From Oscillospiraceae bacterium (GTDB taxonomy: Bacteria > Bacillota > Clostridia > Oscillospirales > CAG-272): DNA of 64,000 bases. Position numbers and translations under genes: made by a program. Location of the stretch: positions 10,593 to 74,592 of the forward strand of contig SVRE01000001.1 of NCBI GenBank assembly GCA_015065005.1. The letters run 5' to 3'. The notes beneath the pieces were generated by a model. It had not been told where the DNA came from, ran no database searches, and saw nothing but the letters and a program-made list of their open reading frames with translations. Shown here in pieces: positions 28,419 to 35,910 of the stretch. Numbering within the stretch: position 1 is the first letter of the stretch; every line of letters starts with the position of its first letter.

Positions 28419-29318
28419 ATGAAAAGACAGGTAGCGTTTAACAAGCTTTTTAATTTGTTTGTAATTATGGGCGCGGTTTTTGTGTATGGTGCCTGTGTGA
28501 TGCTACAAGACGACCCGGAGCTTGGGAGAAGCGTGGGCGGTGGCATTGTAATGCTTGTAATAGCTGCCCATTTTATACTAGTCCCAACTATTTTGATGCC
28601 TGTCATATATTTGTTCGATGAAAAAGGAGTTACGATTTGCTTTTTATTCTTCCCAAATGAACGATATCTGTGGGAAAATATAGCGGCGATAGAGGCAACT
28701 GACGACAGATCAGACTCCCGTCACCCTATACTTGACTTCTTCTTTTCACGGGTGTTTGAAATATCGGGAGCGGTTGAGGGCAAGGAGCGCTTTTATATGC
28801 AAGGGCACATCCGCAGAAGCCGCCGCACTAAGCGGCTGCTTGAAAAATATTGGGACGGAAAAATAACAGGCTATTTTATTGATGACGTGAAGGCGTGGGT
28901 GAACAAGAAAAAAGGCAAGAAAAAGGAAACGCCTGTTGATTCCGCAAAAATAGCAGCTATGGAAAGGGAATTGAGAGCTGAAGTAAAGGAATGGGTTAAG
29001 CCATATATATCAAAGGCTGAGGAAATTGGCTTAAATGCAGATTTAAAATTTGTGTACACCACAAAAAATTTGAGGGAATCCAACTCAAGACCCAAGGAAA
29101 ATTTCATATACATAGCTATTGTAAGGTTATCAAAAATAGGTGAAAAGGATACCGACAAGGTAGTTGAGGTAAGCGCAGATTTGATGAAGGGCTACACTCA
29201 CAAAAAGGAATACAAGGGAGTAAAAAACAAGCACGCAGGGGATGAGCTTACCTTCTATTTAGAGGACACCTTAAAGGAAATTTCCGGAAACGGCATAGAA
29301 TCATATTCAGACAAATAA
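28419..29318 (+). CDS. hypothetical membrane protein (2 TM + possible bPH-like domain + Lys-rich linker + soluble C-terminal domain)
   Basis: 299 aa. TM segments FNLFVIMGAVFVYGACVML and IVMLVIAAHFILVPTILMPVIYLF. No family motif recognised. Has its own promoter and terminator. Confidence 0.55.
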   Translation: MKRQVAFNKLFNLFVIMGAVFVYGACVMLQDDPELGRSVGGGIVMLVIAAHFILVPTILMPVIYLFDEKGVTICFLFFPNERYLWENIAAIEATDDRSDSRHPILDFFFSRVFEISGAVEGKERFYMQGHIRRSRRTKRLLEKYWDGKITGYFIDDVKAWVNKKKGKKKETPVDSAKIAAMERELRAEVKEWVKPYISKAEEIGLNADLKFVYTTKNLRESNSRPKENFIYIAIVRLSKIGEKDTDKVVEVSADLMKGYTHKKEYKGVKNKHAGDELTFYLEDTLKEISGNGIESYSDK

Positions 29319-29347
29319 AAAATTCGGGGAAGCAGCCCCGAATTTTT
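29313..29347 (+). terminator. terminator hairpin, copy 1 of a 35-nt identical direct repeat
   Basis: AAATAAAAAATTCGGGGAAGCAGCCCCGAATTTTT, identical to 30464-30498. Confidence 0.8.
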
Positions 29348-29405
29348 TGTTTTGTGAATAAACGGCACAAATTTGGAATAAAATATATAAAATTTGGAAA
29401 AATCA

Positions 29406-29433
29406 TTGACATTTTTGGGAAGCGTGGTACAAT
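29406..29433 (+). promoter_or_regulatory. sigma-A type promoter (extended -10) of the GHKL-STAS gene
   Basis: TTGACA (29406-29411), 16 nt, TGgTACAAT. Confidence 0.55.
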
Positions 29434-29458
29434 ATAATTGAAAATAGGGGGTGATATT

Positions 29459-30469
29459 ATGGCAAAAGAAAATAAAGAGCAGATAAAAAGCTATATCTTG
29501 AAGCTTGTTGCGGCAGGTGACGAGGAGCTGGTGAAAAAGACTACGGAAGCCTTTGATGTGTCAAAGTCAACTGTATATAATTACATTAAAGAGCTTTGCA
29601 ATAATGGCGTTATAAAAAAAGAGGGCTCATCATATGACATAGTGTCACAGAGTCAAATGTTTCTTTACGATAACAAGGACTTGGATGAAGGCAGAGTTTT
29701 TGAAAAGGATATAGCGCCAATATTCAAGGGACTTAAAAAAAACGTATTTTCAATTTGGAGATACGCATTTACCGAGATGATGAATAATGCGATTGAGCAT
29801 TCATCGTCTCAAAAAATATTCGTATTTGTTTTCACCAACCCATTGGAATCAACTATAATGATTTCCGACAATGGAGTAGGCATTTTCAAAAACATACAAG
29901 AATATATGAGAAAAGAAAAGGGACAGGAGCTTTCCCTTGACGAGAGCGCAACTCTTTTGTTTGCGGGAAAATTTACTACCGCTAAGGCTATGCATTCGGG
30001 CGAGGGCATTTTCTTCACATCTCATTTGATGGATAGGTTTTTTATTGTTTCAGACGAGGTGTTTTTTTCAAGAAACAACTTCAGCGACTCGAAAAGAAAT
30101 GTAGCCGAACCATCTGGCAGCACGCTTGTTTGTATGTCACTGAACAACCATACAAAAAAGACTACAAAGGAAGTGTTTGACAGGTTTTCCAATGTAGATG
30201 ACGGATTTATAAAAACGCAAATTCCAATAGCTCACATTTTCCCATACGGCAGTCCTGTTTCTCGCTCAGAGGGCAGGCGACTCGGAGAATTGATACTGAA
30301 ATTCAAAGAGGTTGACTTAGATTTTACGGGAGTGGAAGAGGTCGGTCAAGCCTTTTGCCACGAAATGTTTGTGGTATGGCAGGGCAGAAATCCGGACATT
30401 AAGCTAAATGTGTTAAATGCCGAGGATGACGTTTTAAGGATGATTAAAAGAGTTATAAACACAAAATAA
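29459..30469 (+). CDS. wHTH + GHKL (HATPase_c, RsbW/SpoIIAB-like) + STAS-like (DUF4325-type) fusion protein
   Basis: AGGGGGTGA precedes ATG 29459. N-terminal VSKSTVYNYIKELCNNGVI HTH. N-box EMMNNAIEHS, G1 DNGVGIF, G2 SGEGIFF. C-terminal VDLDFTGVEEVGQAFCHEMF matches the DUF4325/STAS-like pattern as I remember it. Confidence 0.65.
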   Translation: MAKENKEQIKSYILKLVAAGDEELVKKTTEAFDVSKSTVYNYIKELCNNGVIKKEGSSYDIVSQSQMFLYDNKDLDEGRVFEKDIAPIFKGLKKNVFSIWRYAFTEMMNNAIEHSSSQKIFVFVFTNPLESTIMISDNGVGIFKNIQEYMRKEKGQELSLDESATLLFAGKFTTAKAMHSGEGIFFTSHLMDRFFIVSDEVFFSRNNFSDSKRNVAEPSGSTLVCMSLNNHTKKTTKEVFDRFSNVDDGFIKTQIPIAHIFPYGSPVSRSEGRRLGELILKFKEVDLDFTGVEEVGQAFCHEMFVVWQGRNPDIKLNVLNAEDDVLRMIKRVINTK

Positions 30470-30498
30470 AAAATTCGGGGAAGCAGCCCCGAATTTTT
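30464..30498 (+). terminator. terminator hairpin, copy 2 of the 35-nt identical direct repeat
   Basis: Identical to 29313-29347, including the last Lys codon and the TAA stop. Confidence 0.8.
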
Positions 30499-30559
30499 GT
30501 TTTTATATTTGCGGGAGGGGTTTTGCCCCTCCCCTACATTTTGAATGTAGAAACGGTTA

Positions 30560-32104
30560 TTACTTAGCGTAGTCAACCACACGGCTTTCACGGATAAGGT
30601 TAACCTTGATTTGACCCGGATATTCAAGCTCGGATTCAATCTTCTTAACAATATCACGAGCAACGAGTGCCATTGTGTCATCACCAATTTGCTCAGGCTT
30701 AACCATAATACGAATTTCACGGCCTGCCTGGATAGCAAAGGTTTTTTCAACGCCCTCAAAGCTCTTGGCAATTTCCTCAAGCTTTTCAAGTCTCTTTATG
30801 TAGTTTTCAAGATTTTCACGTCTTGCACCCGGGCGGGCAGCGGAAATAGCATCAGCAGCCTGTACAATTACAGCTATAATTGTCTGCGCCTCAACATCAC
30901 CGTGGTGAGCCTCGATTGCGTGAATAACCTCTTTGGATTCCTTGTACTTCTTAGCTACGTCAACACCGATATTTACGTGTGAGCCCTCAACCTCAGCGGT
31001 TAATGCCTTACCGATATCGTGGAGCAAGCCTGCGCGCTTAGCAAGTGTTACATCAACACCAAGCTCAGCCGCCATAACGCCTGCAATAGTGGAAACCTCA
31101 ATGGAGTGGTCAAGCACGTTCTGACCGTAGCTTGTTCTGTACTTAAGCCTACCAAGAAGCTTAATAAGCTCAATATTAATACCGTGTACACCTGTTTCAA
31201 AGGTAGCCTTTTCGCCGGCTTGCTTAATTGAAGCCTCAACCTCACGCCTTGCCTTTTCAACAGTTTCCTCAATTCTTGTTGGGTGAATACGTCCATCGGA
31301 AATAAGCTTTTCGATGGCAATTCTTGCAGTTTCACGTCTTACCGGGTCAAAGCCTGAAATTGTAATAGCCTCAGGTGTGTCATCAATAATAAGCTCAACG
31401 CCTGTAAGGTTTTCAATAGCTCTTACATTACGTCCCTCACGGCCGATAATTCTACCCTTCATTTCATCGTTTGGAAGGGCAACAACGGAAATTGTAGCCT
31501 CACTTACGTGGTCGGCTGCACACTTTGCAATAGCGAGAGAAATAATATTCTTTGCCTTTTGGTCAGCCTCTTCCTTAAACTCAGCCTCAAGCTCCATAAG
31601 CTTTTGTGCCTGCTCGTGCTTAACATCGTCCTCAAGATTTTTGATAAGCATAGCTCTTGCCTCCTCAGCACTGTAGCCTGAAATCTTTTCAAGCAATTTA
31701 AGCTGAGATTCGTGTAGCTGTTCGATTTTTTCTTTGATTTCTTCTGCTTCCTTAACCTTTTTAGCTAAAGCCTCTTCCTTTTTCTCCATAGCTTCAGCCT
31801 TTTTATCAAGATTGTCTTCCTTATTAGCAAGTCTTGTTTCCTGACGGGTTAATTCGGCACGTCTTTCCTTAACCTCACGCTCAAGCTCATTTCTTGAATT
31901 CTGGATTTCATCCTTAGCATCAAGTAAATACTCTTTACGCTTGGTTTCTGCGGCTTTGATAGCATCTTCAAGTAGCTTTTTTGCTTGCTCTTCCGCTGAG
32001 CCGATCTGCTTTTCGGCAATAGTGCGTCTGATGATTATACCGGCAACAACCCCGGCAACCGCACAAGCAACGCCAATAATGACAGCGATGTACCATTGTA
32101 CCAC
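30560..32104 (-). CDS. rny: ribonuclease Y
   Basis: N-terminal TM helix, coiled coil, KH domain, HD domain (LLHDIGKA), 514 aa. Confidence 0.95.
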   Translation of the reverse strand: MVQWYIAVIIGVACAVAGVVAGIIIRRTIAEKQIGSAEEQAKKLLEDAIKAAETKRKEYLLDAKDEIQNSRNELEREVKERRAELTRQETRLANKEDNLDKKAEAMEKKEEALAKKVKEAEEIKEKIEQLHESQLKLLEKISGYSAEEARAMLIKNLEDDVKHEQAQKLMELEAEFKEEADQKAKNIISLAIAKCAADHVSEATISVVALPNDEMKGRIIGREGRNVRAIENLTGVELIIDDTPEAITISGFDPVRRETARIAIEKLISDGRIHPTRIEETVEKARREVEASIKQAGEKATFETGVHGINIELIKLLGRLKYRTSYGQNVLDHSIEVSTIAGVMAAELGVDVTLAKRAGLLHDIGKALTAEVEGSHVNIGVDVAKKYKESKEVIHAIEAHHGDVEAQTIIAVIVQAADAISAARPGARRENLENYIKRLEKLEEIAKSFEGVEKTFAIQAGREIRIMVKPEQIGDDTMALVARDIVKKIESELEYPGQIKVNLIRESRVVDYAK

Positions 32105-32360
32105 AACAACATACCTCCTTAAATTATTTCGGCGATAATGCTAGAAATTATTAAACATGAATTATGTAAAAAGCATAATAAATCCGCCGATAAATTCAAA
32201 ATGCCAAATTTCTACATAATATAATTATATAATATACTTTGCTTGTAGTCAAGAGAAAAATTTAAAATTATTTGCGTTTTTTATTGACTCGCGGTGAAAT
32301 ATAAACTATAATGATAAGGGAAATGCTTCCATTTATTAAAGAATTATTGGCGAGGTGCAT

Positions 32361-32846
32361 ATGAAATTAACCGAGGCTAAATTTAATTTTGCAGAGAAAA
32401 TAGCAAAGTCCGCACTTTTAACAGCAACAAAGGGGGACGGGGCTCTTAATACTATGACGGTTTCCTGGGGTGGGTCCGGTATCCTTTGGGGTAAGGAGGT
32501 TTGCTTTGTTTTTGTCCGTCCCGAGAGATATACATTTGAGTTCTGCGAGGACGGGGATACTATGTCCTTATCGTTTTTCGGCAAGGAAAGGAAGGACACT
32601 TTAGCCCTTTGCGGAACAAAAAGCGGCAGGGACGTGGACAAATTTGAGGCTTGTGGCTTAAAATTTACCGTAAATGAGGGTGCGTGCGTTTTTGACGATG
32701 CGGAGATAACCGTAATTCTTAAAAAGCTGTACGCTCAGGACTTAGATGAGGACTGCTTTGAAAGTGAGCTTGCAAAGCCATTCTACGCAAACGGCGGCTA
32801 TCACAGAATGTATATTTGCGAGATTAAGGACATAATCACAGCGTAG
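32361..32846 (+). CDS. flavin reductase family protein
   Basis: NTMTVSWGGSGILWGKEVCFVFVRPERYTFEF is a typical flavin-reductase-like FMN-binding fold. Alternative GTG start at 32355. Confidence 0.65.
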   Translation: MKLTEAKFNFAEKIAKSALLTATKGDGALNTMTVSWGGSGILWGKEVCFVFVRPERYTFEFCEDGDTMSLSFFGKERKDTLALCGTKSGRDVDKFEACGLKFTVNEGACVFDDAEITVILKKLYAQDLDEDCFESELAKPFYANGGYHRMYICEIKDIITA

Positions 32847-32875
32847 CTGTGAAATGCAAAATTGATGCCACAAGA

Positions 32876-32965
32876 CGTCATTCCGAGAAAAGTCGAGGAA
32901 TCTATGGGCTAAAAGTTACTTTAATATATAGATTTCTCCGCGCGCTTTGTTTGGTCGAAATGACA
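32876..32965. repeat. second full copy of the palindromic GTCATYCCGAG/GGTCGARATGAC element
   Basis: CGTCATTCCGAGAAAAGTCGAGGAATCTAT ... ATAGATTTCTCCGCGCGCTTTGTTTGGTCGAAATGACAG. The terminal pair GTCATT/AATGAC replaces GTCATC/GATGAC of the 3328-3427 copy. Confidence 0.65.
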
Positions 32966-33054
32966 GGCTACTGTGTGAATTTAATATTAAACGTTATATG
33001 GTTTGCCATTGGCAAGCTGATAAGTGTACAGGCACACTTGGAAGGAGAACGAAA

Positions 33055-35253
33055 ATGAAGGATTGTGTATGGATTACCTGTAAGGAGGCAGAGGGCTCTG
33101 CCAACCAGGTGTATTATTTTAAAAAGGAATTTGACTTAAAGGTTGTTAAGGCGGCTAAGGTGGACATTTCCGCCCAAGCACGTTACAAGCTATATATTAA
33201 TGATAGCTTGGTTGGCTTCGGCCCTTGTAAGGGCACGCGTGAAAAGACCTTTTTTGACACAATAGATGTAACTGATTACTTAAAGGTTGGCACAAACAAA
33301 ATTTACGTTGAGGTTTTGCAGCTTGCATCTACCGATATGGAGGGTAAGATGTCCCCCATTGAGGGTGTTTTGCGTGTTGGAGCTGCAATTCTTGTTATGG
33401 AGCTTGTTTGCGGTGACGTTGTTGTAAGGACAGATGATAGCTGGGAATGTGCAAAAATTACAGGCATTGAACAGGTTAATGCAAGGAGCTGTTATTCGGG
33501 TGCTACACGTGAAAAGGTGGACTCTGTGGCTGTAAAAGCGGCAAATTTCGACAATGCCAAGGTACAGTGCGGCGTTTCTGACGGTGAAGCAGACCACTAT
33601 TGGTGGGGCGGTACAAACAAGTGCTTCCTTTTTGAGCGTCCTATTCCAATGCTTGATATGCAGGAAAAGCTTGGCATTATTAAATTTGACGGCGAATATT
33701 TTGAAAGTGAATACTTAACCTTTGGCTTCCCCAGATTTAAAATTACGGGCAAGGGTAAGGTTGACCTTGTTTATTTTGAGTGCTTTGACTCCGACTGCGG
33801 AAAAACAAACAGTGACAGAACAGACAGGAGCCTTGGAATTTGCCGTGAAATGATAGATACGGTTGAGGTTGACGGAGAATATGAGTTTGAGCCATTCTGG
33901 TTCAGGTGCTTCCGCTACATAAAGGTGGAAAAAACCGGGGACGTGTCGATAAAAATGGTTGGAATGACTGAGGTTAACTACCCGATGTTCCCACGCACAG
34001 ACTACGATTTCGGCAATAAAACCGATAATAAGCTTTGGGAAATCAGTGTACGCACTTTACAGCGCTGTATGCACGAAACATATGAGGATTGCCCGTTCTA
34101 TGAGCAGCTTCAATACGCTATGGACACATCTGTTCAAATGGTGTTTAACTATCAGCTGACAGATGATGACTTGCTTGCAAGAAAGGCGATGGATGATTTT
34201 GCGGCTGAGCAGCACGCAGACGGACTTATGCCATCAAGAACTCCGTCAGTAGGGGAGCAGCATATCCCGTCCTTCCAATTCTACTTTATCTTCATGGTGT
34301 ATGCACACTATATCCGCTTTGGGGATGTGTCTCTTGTGAGAAAACACCTTCGCGCAATGGACGGTGTTATTGAGTGGTTCAGACACTTAATTAACGAGGA
34401 CGGCGTTGTTGGACAGAGCAAGTATTGGAACTTTATCGATTGGGCAACCCCTTGGGTTTATGACCAAAAGCGCGGATGCGAGGGCGGTGTACCCCTTGGA
34501 GTTAACGAGGGTGTTATCGGTATTTACAATCCAATGATGGCTTATTTCTTACAATGCGCAGCAAAGCTTAACGAGATTTGCGGAAGAGAAGACGTTGCGA
34601 GTGAATACTTAGATGTGGCAGAAATGCTTAAGAAGAACACTGAAAAGTATTTCTACGACAAGGAAAAGGGACTTTATGCTGATGATGTGAACCATATTTA
34701 CTATTCACAGCATATGCAGACCTGGTGCGTGCTTAGCGGCGTTTGCAAGGGCGCAAAGGCAAGAAAAATTATGAAAAATGCCCTTTCCCTTGAGGCTAAG
34801 GCTACATACGCATTTGCGTATTTCTGGTTCAGAGCCCTTGAAAGGGTAGGTCTTTATGACAAAACAAAGGAAATGATGGACAGCTATCGCGGACTTTTGA
34901 AGCTTAACTGTACCACAATACCCGAAACCCCCACATATTCAAGAAGTGATTGCCACGCTTGGGGCGCGCTTGCAATTTATGAGTTTTCCGCAACTGTTCT
35001 TGGCGTGCGTACGGAAAACGTAAACGAAAAGAGCGTGTCAATTAAGCCGTACATAAAGGGCAGGAGCTATGCAAGGGGTACGGTTTCCACAATTGGCGGC
35101 GATATAACGGTTTCTTGGAAAAAGGATAAGGATAAGTTTATTTTAACCGTTTCCTCAGCTAACCAAGGCGTGAAAAAGGTTATAACAATGCCAAACGGTG
35201 ACGTTTATGAAACAAAGAAAAAGGAAGCAACATTTAAATGCAGCTTGAAATAA
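33055..35253 (+). CDS. six-hairpin glycoside hydrolase, alpha-L-rhamnosidase (GH78)-like
   Basis: GGAAGGAG precedes ATG 33055. YEDCPFYEQLQYAMDTS and the overall ~730-aa layout recall rhamnosidase-related proteins. The family assignment is tentative. Confidence 0.55.
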   Translation: MKDCVWITCKEAEGSANQVYYFKKEFDLKVVKAAKVDISAQARYKLYINDSLVGFGPCKGTREKTFFDTIDVTDYLKVGTNKIYVEVLQLASTDMEGKMSPIEGVLRVGAAILVMELVCGDVVVRTDDSWECAKITGIEQVNARSCYSGATREKVDSVAVKAANFDNAKVQCGVSDGEADHYWWGGTNKCFLFERPIPMLDMQEKLGIIKFDGEYFESEYLTFGFPRFKITGKGKVDLVYFECFDSDCGKTNSDRTDRSLGICREMIDTVEVDGEYEFEPFWFRCFRYIKVEKTGDVSIKMVGMTEVNYPMFPRTDYDFGNKTDNKLWEISVRTLQRCMHETYEDCPFYEQLQYAMDTSVQMVFNYQLTDDDLLARKAMDDFAAEQHADGLMPSRTPSVGEQHIPSFQFYFIFMVYAHYIRFGDVSLVRKHLRAMDGVIEWFRHLINEDGVVGQSKYWNFIDWATPWVYDQKRGCEGGVPLGVNEGVIGIYNPMMAYFLQCAAKLNEICGREDVASEYLDVAEMLKKNTEKYFYDKEKGLYADDVNHIYYSQHMQTWCVLSGVCKGAKARKIMKNALSLEAKATYAFAYFWFRALERVGLYDKTKEMMDSYRGLLKLNCTTIPETPTYSRSDCHAWGALAIYEFSATVLGVRTENVNEKSVSIKPYIKGRSYARGTVSTIGGDITVSWKKDKDKFILTVSSANQGVKKVITMPNGDVYETKKKEATFKCSLK

Positions 35254-35459
35254 AACAGGGGGATAAATTCCGCCATTTTAAAGGAACTGTTTACCAAGTA
35301 ATAGCCCTTGCCAAGCACACAGAAAGCGAAGAAACGCTTGTGGTGTATAAAGACGCAGACGGTAACGCTTGGGCAAGACCGATTGAGATGTTTTGTTCCT
35401 TAGTGGATACGGAAAAATATCCCGACGTAAAGCAAAAATACAGATTTGAAAAAATATAG
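35238..35459 (+). CDS. DUF1653 domain protein
   Basis: [31 protein letters not shown]...WARPIEMF is the typical DUF1653 pattern. Confidence 0.75.
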   Translation: MQLEIKQGDKFRHFKGTVYQVIALAKHTESEETLVVYKDADGNAWARPIEMFCSLVDTEKYPDVKQKYRFEKI

Positions 35460-35470
35460 AGGAAAATAAA

Positions 35471-35848
35471 ATGAAAATTGCACTAATTGCACACGATAAG
35501 AAAAAGGATGCTATGATAGCCCTGGCTATTAAGTATCAGGACACGCTTGCAAAGCACGAGCTTTATGCAACAGGTACAACAGGCACACTTGTTATGGGTG
35601 AAACAGGCTTGAAAATCAAGAGAATGAAATCAGGCCCTCTTGGCGGTGACCAGCAGATTGGCTCTATGGTAGCTGAGGGAAAGCTTGACTTGATTGTTTT
35701 CCTTCGTGACCCACTGACCTCACAGCCACACGAGCCTGACGTGTCAGCTCTTCTTCGCCTTTGCGATGTACAGTCAATTCCTTTGGCAACAAACGTAAAG
35801 AGTGCAGAAATTATGCTTGACGCAGTACAAAATGGACTAAAGCTATAA
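35471..35848 (+). CDS. mgsA: methylglyoxal synthase
   Basis: [33 protein letters not shown] motifs, 125 aa. Confidence 0.92.
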   Translation: MKIALIAHDKKKDAMIALAIKYQDTLAKHELYATGTTGTLVMGETGLKIKRMKSGPLGGDQQIGSMVAEGKLDLIVFLRDPLTSQPHEPDVSALLRLCDVQSIPLATNVKSAEIMLDAVQNGLKL

Positions 35849-35868
35849 TTCAAGAAGCTTAGTGTACA

Positions 35869-35910
35869 TAAAAAAGGACAGAGAACGAAAATTCTCTGTC
35901 CTGTTTTTTT
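35869..35910. terminator. bidirectional terminator
   Basis: AGGACAGAGAA-CGAAAA-TTCTCTGTCCT flanked by A- and T-runs. Confidence 0.75.
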
